Source: a virus
DNA length: 64,000 nt
IMG/VR virus record: IMGVR_UViG_3300050120_000213
Span: 35,511-99,510 of that record
Direction: 5' to 3' (one strand)
The notes below the pieces were generated by a model, which was given only the letters and a program-made list of their open reading frames with translations, searched no databases and had not been told where the DNA came from. The translations under genes and the position numbers were made by a program. This document shows positions 18,774 through 28,164 of this stretch, in pieces. Every line of letters begins with the position of its first letter. Positions within the stretch are counted from its first letter, which is position 1.

Positions 18774-20153
18774 TTAAGCGATGTTCGAAACATTCAGGTT
18801 GAACAAGATCTGTTCAAATCCGCGAGCAGGCGTGTACAGGGCAGCCATACCCCCGTAGATACCCTCAGAGAACGTGCTGGGGTTAGCCGCCGTCCACGTT
18901 GCAAACGGTATCGCATTGACCACCACGTTACCGACGTACAACCCTGCCGACACGTTGTTAGCAAACGTGGTCGGGTCAAGCTGGGTTTGTATCAACTGAC
19001 CCAGTGCCAGCCCGAACGAAATGGCTTGCTGCATAGTCTGCACCGCCGACGCCTGCAAGCGATTCACGCCTTGCTGGTCGTAGTACAGCGGGTTGATCGT
19101 GGTATTCGAACCGTTAATGATCGTGTTCGAAATATTCAGGTCAAGGTTAATCTGTGTCCAATCAGCCGAATACCAGTAGTTCCACGGGTTGCCGTCAGGC
19201 ATATTGCCCCACTGCAACATGGTATTGCTGATACCCCCTTCGGCACCGGTCGCCACGAAGTTGACGTTGCTCGACTTGAACGAGGTCAATTGCGGCCCAG
19301 TCCACGTACCAGCAGTCACACCCACGAGGAACGTGAAGCACAGCGGCGGTACTTTGTTCGAAGACGAGGGATTCGCATTCAGCGTGGCCCAAAACATCGC
19401 CGCCATACTGTACTCATCAGCGGGCAGTGCCGGGGTCACCGATTCGATCATGACCGGGCAGCACTTGTTCAAGCCGTTGCTGGTCAGGCTGGCGAAAGTG
19501 CTGAGCGTCACCGTGGTGTAGAAATACACCTTGGCGGTGGTGGAATTGAAGTTAGCCACGAACGGGGCGTACGTCGCATCGGCATCCCAACCACGCGGGA
19601 TTAGATACGAGTAGAAGAAACCCGGATTTGCGATGATGTACGCGTCGAGCGCGGCAATACCAGCGGCGGCAGTGTTCGGACCCAACTCCAGCACATACAC
19701 CGAAAGCTGCCCCGGCTGGTCATAAAACGTGTTGACCATCGCGCTCAGCACCGAAGTGTTCGTCGCTACCACCGTGCCTGCAACAGTCTGCGTGCCCGGG
19801 TTAGCCACCAACGCGTAGGTGAAGGTCGTCGTGCTGGCAATCGTACACGCGAACGTGCCGTTATAACCAGCAGGGGTTACACCAGCGACCGTAAGGTTGA
19901 TAGTCTCCCCGACAGGGTATCCGTGGGCCACCGCGCACGTGGCCGTCACCACAGACGAGAGCCACGTCAAACTGGTAATCGCCTGTGGTGTAGGTAACAG
20001 CGGCGTCAGGTCGCCTTGTGCGGTTAGCAGGCTGTACGTGCCCGTGGGCAGATTAGTACCCCCCTGCGAGATCAACGCGCCTGTGCGCTGCAGCTTATTC
20101 GGAGCAGGCGCAATCGTCTGTGATACGTTAACTTGTACGATGGCGTTAGTCAT
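18774..20153 (-). CDS. tail sheath protein (DUF3383-like)
   Basis: IVQVNVSQ N-terminus, NYWYSADW, PLYYDQQGVNRL. Confidence 0.85.
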   Translation of the reverse strand: MTNAIVQVNVSQTIAPAPNKLQRTGALISQGGTNLPTGTYSLLTAQGDLTPLLPTPQAITSLTWLSSVVTATCAVAHGYPVGETINLTVAGVTPAGYNGTFACTIASTTTFTYALVANPGTQTVAGTVVATNTSVLSAMVNTFYDQPGQLSVYVLELGPNTAAAGIAALDAYIIANPGFFYSYLIPRGWDADATYAPFVANFNSTTAKVYFYTTVTLSTFASLTSNGLNKCCPVMIESVTPALPADEYSMAAMFWATLNANPSSSNKVPPLCFTFLVGVTAGTWTGPQLTSFKSSNVNFVATGAEGGISNTMLQWGNMPDGNPWNYWYSADWTQINLDLNISNTIINGSNTTINPLYYDQQGVNRLQASAVQTMQQAISFGLALGQLIQTQLDPTTFANNVSAGLYVGNVVVNAIPFATWTAANPSTFSEGIYGGMAALYTPARGFEQILFNLNVSNIA

Positions 20154-20191
20154 TGCCGATCCTTATATAGTGGGGGGTTCTAAGCTGGGGC

Positions 20192-20557
20192 TTAAGCAAA
20201 CGAAACTGAAGCCACGCCCGCCGTACCGACCACAACCACAATACCGTTTGCGCACGGCCAGTCGAGATCAACGATCTGTCCTTCGGTGGTGGTAGCTGCT
20301 TGCCAAATCAGCGTGGCGGCACCAATACCTCCCACAGTGGCGGTGTCATAAACACCACACACACCGGTAGCAGCGGTGGTAAAACTCACACGCGCTACAC
20401 GACCAGCAGCGGCCTTGACCACGTTGTTGCCAGCGGCAAGATTAAGCTTTGAGCTAGTACCACCACGGGTCACGCGAAGATCACCAGCCGCGCCAACATT
20501 GGTGGTAACCAGTGCGCCAGCGGGATTCTTGGAATTCAGATTCAACGGGGTTTGCAT
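20192..20557 (-). CDS. virion structural protein
   Basis: Beta-rich 121 aa in the neck region. Confidence 0.6.
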   Translation of the reverse strand: MQTPLNLNSKNPAGALVTTNVGAAGDLRVTRGGTSSKLNLAAGNNVVKAAAGRVARVSFTTAATGVCGVYDTATVGGIGAATLIWQAATTTEGQIVDLDWPCANGIVVVVGTAGVASVSFA

Positions 20558-20590
20558 TTTGTGGCTCCTAAGAAAATACTAATGAAATTA

Positions 20591-21577
20591 CTAGTCAGCG
20601 AAACCGAAGGTCGGGATGCACTTTAAGATCAGTTGCCGAGCGATGTTACGTGCCCGAACCTGATAGTAATTGATCTCCAACTCAAACACCTTTTTCTGCG
20701 CCAGGATGGTTAGCTCGGACTGCGTTCGCTTCTCATCCTGCATCACTGGGGTGTTGCACAGACCCCAAACACTGGGGTTATCAAGACTGTTCTGAAACAG
20801 GTAGTCTTGAAAGTCCAAGGCGTTGTAGTTCCTTAAACCGTACAGCGTGATCTTAACCTTTTCACGTACTAACTGGGAATGCGTACCTGTGCGATCCCAA
20901 AATGGGGCTGCGCCGATTGCTCGTGTGCTATCAGGGGGAATATGCACCGAGGCATAGGGCGGTTCTAGGTTTTCTTGCACTAAAAATGACGGATACATCG
21001 GCATGAACTTATTCAGTGCCAGCCAAATCGGCAAGCTATTACTCACCACCACATTGGTGGCATCAAAATCTTCTAGGCAATCGACCAGTTGGGAAGCCAG
21101 CGCGGGGTAAACAGCGTCCCCTGTGTAGTGGAACAGGCCCGCTTGCTGGTAGAACGACTCACGGCGATTGAAGGCAAAACGTAGCCCTTCAAACTCACCG
21201 ATATACATCACGCAGGGGCCTACCTTATTGAAGTCTTGTACCTCGCTTTCAGCGGTAAAGGTCACGCTTCTTACGGCGATGCTCTCATCCTCATTCTGCT
21301 TGACTTGAGTGGCGTAGTGCAGCGACCCAGGCACGCAGATAACTGGCGCGGGGGGCGGGCCACCCCCATCCGGCACAGAGTAGGAATACGCGCCACCCAG
21401 CGCCATGTCACTCACTAAGTCCGAGCGCACCCAGAATACATAGCGGTCTAGCGGTAGAATCAGCTTCACATACAACGTGAATGTGATTTGTTGGCTAGCA
21501 GAAAGCGTATCCAGCCCCTCTTTTAGCGGGCCTTGGAGAGGGTTGGCACTATTGATACTTTCTGCTATGGAGGGCAT
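20591..21577 (-). CDS. head-closure/tail-terminator protein
   Basis: FYQQAGLFHYTG; synteny before the sheath. Confidence 0.6.
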   Translation of the reverse strand: MPSIAESINSANPLQGPLKEGLDTLSASQQITFTLYVKLILPLDRYVFWVRSDLVSDMALGGAYSYSVPDGGGPPPAPVICVPGSLHYATQVKQNEDESIAVRSVTFTAESEVQDFNKVGPCVMYIGEFEGLRFAFNRRESFYQQAGLFHYTGDAVYPALASQLVDCLEDFDATNVVVSNSLPIWLALNKFMPMYPSFLVQENLEPPYASVHIPPDSTRAIGAAPFWDRTGTHSQLVREKVKITLYGLRNYNALDFQDYLFQNSLDNPSVWGLCNTPVMQDEKRTQSELTILAQKKVFELEINYYQVRARNIARQLILKCIPTFGFAD

Positions 21578-21605
21578 GTTAGCTCACTGCAATTGATTGC
21601 AAAAT

Positions 21606-22106
21606 TTAGTCGTCTTCAATCCACGCTTTCATGGAATTCTGATATAGCCCTGTATCGATAAAAGACGGACGTGGCGAGCCACGACTGATCTTGAGGCGGT
21701 GATTGACCCCCCGCTGGGCGGCCTTGGTTGGGACGCCTGCCACCCCAGCAGCCTCGACTTCGTTCTCATCTAGGAAGGTGCGGAATTCCTGCTGCAAATT
21801 TTCCATTGCAGACTCAAGCGGGAAAGCGGTAGGGGGAGCGCCCAAACTGAGATTAACAATCGCCCCCGAGATCGCCTTCTCAAACTCCATGGTAATCACC
21901 GGCATCTGTTGCTCTACGAAGGTATCCATGATGTGGTACTCATCTTCGAGCCACTCTGCTACATCCCCGGTGGTTACTTGCTTGTCACTGCCAAAACTTT
22001 TGGCCTTGTGGGGCTTGTTACGCTTTCCAGGCTTAGCATGGGAAACTTTCTGCGTAGGTGTGTCGTGAGCGTAGGGCAGTACCACCACCCCCAGAACGAG
22101 CTTCAT
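21606..22106 (-). CDS. neck/tail completion protein
   Basis: RPSFIDTGLYQNS motif. Confidence 0.7.
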   Translation of the reverse strand: MKLVLGVVVLPYAHDTPTQKVSHAKPGKRNKPHKAKSFGSDKQVTTGDVAEWLEDEYHIMDTFVEQQMPVITMEFEKAISGAIVNLSLGAPPTAFPLESAMENLQQEFRTFLDENEVEAAGVAGVPTKAAQRGVNHRLKISRGSPRPSFIDTGLYQNSMKAWIEDD

Positions 22107-22558
22107 TACGAGAGACCCCAGACCGCGCCAAACTTTTGCGCTATCGATAGGTACGTCCGCCCGTAGGGGGTCTTCAGCAATTGCAGGTCGAACAGCGTCA
22201 AGTCGCCCAGCGAATCGGGTACTTTAAGTGAGGTGGAAGTCGATACGTCTGCCGTAGAGGCCACCACCCCTGAGACGAACCCGGTGATGTTGAACTTCTT
22301 ACGTAGATCTTCAAAATAGGTGCTACACATCTGGTCATTAGCCCAGTTGATCAGGTAGTCACCCGCGAAGTTATACACCGCGAGGTTGTAATACGTGAGG
22401 CTGTGGATCTTGATTAACGGGTTCACCGTGTCCAGCGCTATGCAAAATGCCGTGGTGATATCGGGGGACGTCAAAGGCAAAGCTGCTACCGGTACCCCCA
22501 TCACACTCTGGATGAAGTACTCAAAGTCTGTAATGTTGGCAAAGGTAGCAGGGTACAT
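22106..22558 (-). CDS. head-tail adaptor (DUF4054-like)
   Basis: LAVYNFAG, GVVASTAD, KTPYGRTYL. Confidence 0.75.
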   Translation of the reverse strand: MYPATFANITDFEYFIQSVMGVPVAALPLTSPDITTAFCIALDTVNPLIKIHSLTYYNLAVYNFAGDYLINWANDQMCSTYFEDLRKKFNITGFVSGVVASTADVSTSTSLKVPDSLGDLTLFDLQLLKTPYGRTYLSIAQKFGAVWGLS

Positions 22559-22567
22559 GATGAGCCT

Positions 22568-23089
22568 TTAAGCGTTAGCCGCACGTTCGGCACCGCGAGC
22601 AGCGGCCTTGCTACCGGGCTTAGCCACTTGGATGGTTTCAACCATCTTGGGATCATTGTTGCCCACCTTTTGCTGCTCTTGGATTTCAACTTCCATGCCC
22701 TGCAGCTTGCTTTCCGAACCCATCAGATTGTTGTCGATCTTGTCGCTCAAGCTGGCCGCCTGATACTTGCGTAGTTCATGGCCGCGTAGTTCCAGTGCTT
22801 CGTCGTTATGCTGGATCGCGTTCATCATCTTTTCGACGTTGATTGGGGTATCGAAGCTATAGCACAGACCGAAAAAACCTTTGGTGCGGTCGATCTCGCT
22901 AACGGGGATCAACCCATACTTGAGGTGCTGGTCAACAATCGCCTCCAGAATCTCGCGGCTGGTGTCTTTGTACACCTGATTTTGCCCACCCACGGCAATC
23001 GTGGTTTTGAACAGTTGCTGCACTTCCGGCACGCGAAAGATGAAATCTTGGACAAACTTAGAGCAGTTCGCAATATACAGCTTGGTCAT
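22568..23089 (-). CDS. conserved head-associated protein
   Basis: MTKLYIANCSK; directly after the major capsid gene. Confidence 0.6.
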   Translation of the reverse strand: MTKLYIANCSKFVQDFIFRVPEVQQLFKTTIAVGGQNQVYKDTSREILEAIVDQHLKYGLIPVSEIDRTKGFFGLCYSFDTPINVEKMMNAIQHNDEALELRGHELRKYQAASLSDKIDNNLMGSESKLQGMEVEIQEQQKVGNNDPKMVETIQVAKPGSKAAARGAERAANA

Positions 23090-23130
23090 GTTATGTACTC
23101 CGTTGTTTATAAAGGTGCGGTTTTAAATGC

Positions 23131-23164
23131 AAAAGCCCGACGCCCATAACGGGAACCGGGCTTT
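23131..23164 (-). terminator. terminator after the major capsid gene
   Basis: AAAGCCCG...CGGGCTTT inverted repeat. Confidence 0.6.
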
Positions 23165-23190
23165 CACATTGTACAGCTACTTTTGGTAGC

Positions 23191-24210
23191 TTAGAACGGT
23201 GCGCTGATAATGGTCAGAGCTTCAGGGCGAAGCGTCCAACCGCTGGTGATGCGCAGTTCCGACAACACATCAATCGCGCCACCCGGCAACGGCGTGGGAA
23301 TCTCACGCGGGGCTGCCATGTCGCACAACTGGATGTTACAGCCTTCGAATCCCGGTGCCAAACGAGCGAACTCGTTGGTGTTGATCGGGCTGCCAACTGG
23401 CTTCTTTACTTCCGGTGCGGTCATGATGATAGCGTCCGTACCGCCAGCACCTTGGCCGATCAGGGTGTCGTCTGCTACCCAGATAACCTTGTCACCCTGA
23501 TTAGCTGCGACAGCGCTCACCACGCCAGCGGTCACGTCAGTACCTGCACCCACGCGTTGGTATTGCACCAACTGTACGATACCGACATACGACATCTGAG
23601 CAATGACCCGTTGCGGGGCAAGAATCGTGATCGCGGTCGGCTGACCGATTTGCAGCGTGCGGGTCTTCAATGCGCCAAGTTGGGTCAAGAAGAAAATCGC
23701 AAGCTGGCCGTTGTCGTACGTGCTGATCGATACATCGCCGTTGCTGTCTGCCGGGAGCGTAACTGCGGTTGCCCCTTGGGTATTCAGCAAACCTTCGCCG
23801 TTGGCGGCATTGAAGCCGTACAACAGCGCGGTACGCATTTGCTGGAAAATACCCTGACGCACGCCGAGGCGTTGTGCGTCTACCAGCGAAGCGCCCCACT
23901 GACCGAAGGCAGCGATGTCGTGGTGATCGTACTCAGCGCGCACGCGCACCAAGTAGGTCGCCGTGCTGATCATGCGCGGCGTGATCGAGACGGACGGCAG
24001 TTGGTTGTATGCGCTTTGACCCGAAGCCGTGGCCGTGCGAATGTCGAATGCCTTGACATAAGCAACCAAGTCCCCTTGTCCGAGGCGCGTCAACGGCTCG
24101 CCGCCCTGCAGGGTTTCGAATGCTCCCGAAGCCTGCTGATACTGCAGGATAACTTCGGGCATGACATACGACGGGTGAAGCTGGACGTATGAGGGGGTTA
24201 CACCGGCCAT
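23191..24210 (-). CDS. major capsid protein
   Basis: 339 aa, ALLYG...EGLLN, RITSGW.LRPEA; strong codon bias; Bcep781-like order. Confidence 0.85.
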   Translation of the reverse strand: MAGVTPSYVQLHPSYVMPEVILQYQQASGAFETLQGGEPLTRLGQGDLVAYVKAFDIRTATASGQSAYNQLPSVSITPRMISTATYLVRVRAEYDHHDIAAFGQWGASLVDAQRLGVRQGIFQQMRTALLYGFNAANGEGLLNTQGATAVTLPADSNGDVSISTYDNGQLAIFFLTQLGALKTRTLQIGQPTAITILAPQRVIAQMSYVGIVQLVQYQRVGAGTDVTAGVVSAVAANQGDKVIWVADDTLIGQGAGGTDAIIMTAPEVKKPVGSPINTNEFARLAPGFEGCNIQLCDMAAPREIPTPLPGGAIDVLSELRITSGWTLRPEALTIISAPF

Positions 24211-24222
24211 GGTAAGGCTCCT

Positions 24223-25101
24223 TTAGATCAATGCGATGGCCGTGGAGCCATTGTTAGTCCAGTGGACCAGATTATTCACCGCATCGTAGGTCACGATTTT
24301 GCTGTTGCCGATGTTCAGCTTCAGGATCTTGACCGACAGTGCACCCGTGCCGTAATTCAGGAGCAACGTGCCACCCAGCGCACCCGTAGCGATAGCACCC
24401 GAAGCTGCCGTCACTTGGAACGAGAAGTGTTGGTTGTCAGTGAACGCCGTAACGATCTGGTTACCGTTCACAAGGCTCGCGCCCGTGCCGGTCACACCGC
24501 TGATGTTGATCGCGTCACCGACTGCGCCGACCGGGGTAGCGACCGCGCCAACCACCGCGAAGGTGTACACGCCGTTGGCAAACGACGAGGTGATCGACGT
24601 AAGCGAGTAGGTCGCGGTAGCTGCATCGAACGGTTGCAGGCGCTGGTTGTTGAAGTCCCACGAAACTTGCTGGGTGATCAAGCCACCATCCAGCGTGACC
24701 ATCGACGGATCGATTGCCAGCGCGATGCGCGCACCGGAACCCAGGCGGTAGAACGGCACGGTGGTGCCGACACCAGCACTCGGGCATTCCGACTGCGGGC
24801 TGGTAACCCACGCGGTAGCCTGATTGAGCACCGAGAACCCGGTAAGGTTCGTCAGCGAGGTAGCGCGACCGATGTTGCTGCCGACCGAACTGTTTTGCGT
24901 CGAAGTCGGGATATTTTCGAAGATACCCACGCCACCCCACATCGGGAGTGATTCGGTCGCAGCTAGCGGGCCACCCGACAGGGCAAACCGGATTGCCGGA
25001 TCGTCAAGGGCGACGCCCTGTACGTAACCGTCCGATTGGATCGAGAACGAACCAGCGGCGTTCGTGGTCGCAAACGGTTGGAAAGAGATATTCGCGGCCA
25101 T
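24223..25101 (-). CDS. capsid decoration/cement protein
   Basis: DDPAIRFAL, PMWGGV, FYRLGSGARI; upstream of the major capsid gene. Confidence 0.75.
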   Translation of the reverse strand: MAANISFQPFATTNAAGSFSIQSDGYVQGVALDDPAIRFALSGGPLAATESLPMWGGVGIFENIPTSTQNSSVGSNIGRATSLTNLTGFSVLNQATAWVTSPQSECPSAGVGTTVPFYRLGSGARIALAIDPSMVTLDGGLITQQVSWDFNNQRLQPFDAATATYSLTSITSSFANGVYTFAVVGAVATPVGAVGDAINISGVTGTGASLVNGNQIVTAFTDNQHFSFQVTAASGAIATGALGGTLLLNYGTGALSVKILKLNIGNSKIVTYDAVNNLVHWTNNGSTAIALI

Positions 25102-25102
25102 T

Positions 25103-25984
25103 TTAGTTGAACTCCTTGTTGATACGAACTTGCAGTTGAGCAGGCGACTTGAACTGGTCCATCCACGCGCTCGGGGAACCTACGAACTCGCTGATACGGC
25201 GGCCCGTGCGGTCATGCTTGACGATCTCGCGCAGCGTGCCTGGGGCAATGTCTGCCGGGTGAGCGGCGACGCGTTCTGCGTCAGCGTAGATTGCCTTTTC
25301 GGCCACATCGAGCATCGAGTCAGGCACGACGGACAGATCGCGGTCTTTCCAGTCCGAGCTATGCGGCTTGAACTTGGCGGCCAAACGGCGGCGGTAATTC
25401 ACCGGGGTTTCACCAGCCAGGGGGCCGGGAGCGCGGTCACCGAACGCATTTGCGACACCATCGGCACGGGCTTGAATTTCAGCCAGCGCCACGCGGTCAG
25501 CGTCCGAGATGTGCACAGCGCCGGTCAGCGCGGCGAGGCGGTCTTGCATGTCCTTGAATTCAAGGTCACGCTTGGCCGAATCGGCTTTGGCTTCAGCTTC
25601 CGCATCGGCACGCATTTTGTCGGCCTTGGCTTTTTCTTCAGCTTCTGCGTCGGCCTTGGCCTTATCGGCAGCGGTTTCAGCGGGCTTTGCAGCAGCTTCG
25701 GCTTCAGCATCGGCACGAGCTTTATCAGCTTTTGCCTTTTCTTCAGCTTCAGCGTCAGCGCGGGCCTTGTCAGCCTTAGCCTTTTCTTCCTTCTCTTTTT
25801 CTTCGGCATCGGCGCGCATTTTGTCAGCGCGTGCCGCATCGTTCTTGAACACGTCCATCACCGCGTCACACTTGGCGGAGAGATTCTTTGCCCACGCAGG
25901 TTCTGCATCAGCGCGAGCCGCATCGGCCTTTGCCTTTTCAGCAGCTTCCGTATCAGCTTTGGCCTTCAACTCTGCTTCAGTCAT
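25103..25984 (-). CDS. capsid scaffolding protein
   Basis: Ala/Lys/Glu coiled-coil repeats KADKARADAEAEE. Confidence 0.75.
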   Translation of the reverse strand: MTEAELKAKADTEAAEKAKADAARADAEPAWAKNLSAKCDAVMDVFKNDAARADKMRADAEEKEKEEKAKADKARADAEAEEKAKADKARADAEAEAAAKPAETAADKAKADAEAEEKAKADKMRADAEAEAKADSAKRDLEFKDMQDRLAALTGAVHISDADRVALAEIQARADGVANAFGDRAPGPLAGETPVNYRRRLAAKFKPHSSDWKDRDLSVVPDSMLDVAEKAIYADAERVAAHPADIAPGTLREIVKHDRTGRRISEFVGSPSAWMDQFKSPAQLQVRINKEFN

Positions 25985-26011
25985 TTCAACTACTCCTTGG
26001 TGGTTTCAGAA

Positions 26012-27361
26012 TCAGGCTTGGGTTGCGGTGGCGGATTCAGAAATAATTCCGTATGGATCGCCACCCTTATCCCACACCCCTTGCTCACAAATCGCCAGAT
26101 GGTCAAGCAGGCTGGGTTCGCCTTCAATTAACAGTACCGAACCATCATTGAGTGCAATAGTACTATTTACCGTTCTATCGTGGAACACCACAGAAGGTGA
26201 AGTTGACATATTTTCGTTATCGAGAATTGTCACCGTGTCTTCGTCATAGATCTTGGCGATACCCCATACCTCTTTTCCCAGGATAAACGGGCAAACCATC
26301 ATACCTACCAGTCTTTCACTGAACTCAATCGAGTTCAAAACTTTCTTCTCGGGGTGTTGAAAAATCACCGCTAGACCTTGGCACCGGTCCAGAAAATCTT
26401 GATTCAGGTAGCTCTCTGGCCGACGAAAAACGTACTCGTCTTTGATTTCCACCTGAGTAACCTTGCCGTCCTTATCCTTTTTCTCGGGCTGGCCACGTCG
26501 AAAAGCCTTACCAGTGCCAGTGATACGCATCTTGTACATCGACACGTTGGCATATTTCTGTGGCGACGGCAGTGAACCATTCGTCATGGCCCGTGCGATG
26601 TGTAACTCGTTCATCTTGGTCAGACGCAAGGCCGTGACTTCTGGGGAATTGATCACTTCGAGCAGGCCGGGGATTACCGGGCCGCCCATCAACTCACCCA
26701 TCGACAACCATTGATAGCTGACGTGTTCTTCATTCAGCACCACTTCGAACGGTTTGCACACGTTGACGAAGTAGGTGAACTCTGTGCCGTCCACCAGCGT
26801 CTGTGCAATCAATTGCAATCGGCCTTCGACTTCATGGCCGGTTTCTTCCAGCACCTCACGGATGGCGGTAAATTCCAGCGTCTCACCTTCCTCGTGATGG
26901 CCGCCAAAAATTCCCCAGTGGCCCTGGTATTCGCCTTGTTCCGCCCGCAGGCCCACTAGCACCTTGCCCCCGCTGGTAATAAACAAGATGCCCGCCGCCT
27001 GCTTCTTTACTGCCTCGTCATCTTTCTTGATGATGGGGGTGGGGTCGGCAGAAAACTCCACGTCATCAGCGCGGGTTTCCGCTGAATCAGCTTTTACGTC
27101 TGGTTCAAACAGGCATTCAGTTTCTTGGATGGTTTGAATCCCCAGCGACTGCAAAAACACGAGTAAGGGCCACCGACCTTCCCCGACGCAGTATTCCTCT
27201 AACGACTGGGCGGTGTCACCGTGAGTTTCCAGAAAGCGGTCTCGCGCTGCAATCACTTGCAGTGCGGAACCCGAACCCAAATTGGCGTGCGCAATGGCCC
27301 GCTTGGCGTATTCAGCCGGGGTGAGCTTCGAGGTTTCCATAATCTGTTCGGCGGTGCTCAT
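26012..27361 (-). CDS. NUDIX hydrolase fused to DUF2213-type prohead protease
   Basis: Nudix box GGHHEEGETLEFTAIREVLEETG; C-terminal RITGTG, HP, STSPSV, LDHLAIC..GVWDKG. Confidence 0.85.
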   Translation of the reverse strand: MSTAEQIMETSKLTPAEYAKRAIAHANLGSGSALQVIAARDRFLETHGDTAQSLEEYCVGEGRWPLLVFLQSLGIQTIQETECLFEPDVKADSAETRADDVEFSADPTPIIKKDDEAVKKQAAGILFITSGGKVLVGLRAEQGEYQGHWGIFGGHHEEGETLEFTAIREVLEETGHEVEGRLQLIAQTLVDGTEFTYFVNVCKPFEVVLNEEHVSYQWLSMGELMGGPVIPGLLEVINSPEVTALRLTKMNELHIARAMTNGSLPSPQKYANVSMYKMRITGTGKAFRRGQPEKKDKDGKVTQVEIKDEYVFRRPESYLNQDFLDRCQGLAVIFQHPEKKVLNSIEFSERLVGMMVCPFILGKEVWGIAKIYDEDTVTILDNENMSTSPSVVFHDRTVNSTIALNDGSVLLIEGEPSLLDHLAICEQGVWDKGGDPYGIISESATATQA

Positions 27362-28164
27362 GCTGTGGCCTTTGCAAGTGCGTTGCGACCTTTCTCGGTC
27401 AACAGTTCGGTCGGCACATCTGTGATGTTGTACACGTACCTATAGTTGCAGCTACAAAACGGTTCCTCGGCGGGTTGGGTGATATCATCGGTATAACCAT
27501 CGGGGCCGACTTTCATCAAGCCCTTTTCCATCGCCCAGTTGCCCTTGATTACATAGAACTTCAAATCACGTTCTTTGTGGTCCTCCCGGTAGTTATACCC
27601 GGGCCGCCGCCAATGGCTATGCCACACCGCACCTAATGCGGCGCGATCTGTAGCGATGATGCTATTCAGCGACGAAAGAAACTTGTGGCCCTGGTCAATT
27701 GCGACCCGGCGTTCTTCAAACGGTAGTTGCGCCAGCGACTTACGGATGTTGGTTTTCACCTCCACCTTTTCCACTACGTCGCTACCACCAGCAGGAATAC
27801 TGGTGCTCCAGCCCGCAAAGCGCTGCAGGGTTTTCTGTATCGCCGCTTCACGATTGAGTTTGATCAAGTTGGCGTTCGCCATGATGCGCCGATCTAACTC
27901 GTTACGTAGCTTGGGCCGCAACATATCCAGCGTGTAGCGGGCCACCCCAGGGTGGTGCTCCAAGATGTTGCCTTTGACCACCATGCGTTGATAGACCGCA
28001 CGTAGGTTATTCGCCACATCCTTTTCTACCTGGGGGAGTGGAATCAACGACGCCAGTGCCGCTTGGCGCATATTCGACAACCACTTATCAACCCGGGCTT
28101 GCGAATCGTAGCCATGCAGGGAAATATCTTTTACCGCAGCGGTAACCGTCTCGTAGAAATTCAT
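27358..28164 (-). CDS. head morphogenesis protein (Mu F/SPP1 gp7-like)
   Basis: RRVAIDQGHK, R.DH, PAEEPFCSC; follows the portal gene. Confidence 0.85.
   Translation of the reverse strand: MNFYETVTAAVKDISLHGYDSQARVDKWLSNMRQAALASLIPLPQVEKDVANNLRAVYQRMVVKGNILEHHPGVARYTLDMLRPKLRNELDRRIMANANLIKLNREAAIQKTLQRFAGWSTSIPAGGSDVVEKVEVKTNIRKSLAQLPFEERRVAIDQGHKFLSSLNSIIATDRAALGAVWHSHWRRPGYNYREDHKERDLKFYVIKGNWAMEKGLMKVGPDGYTDDITQPAEEPFCSCNYRYVYNITDVPTELLTEKGRNALAKATA

Noticed and set aside
25064-26131. Long plus-strand ORFs (also 23452-24192, 32645-33403, 36298-37347, 37348-37941, 47787-48455)
   Set aside because: Antisense shadows of codon-biased or repetitive minus-strand genes; no recognisable domains
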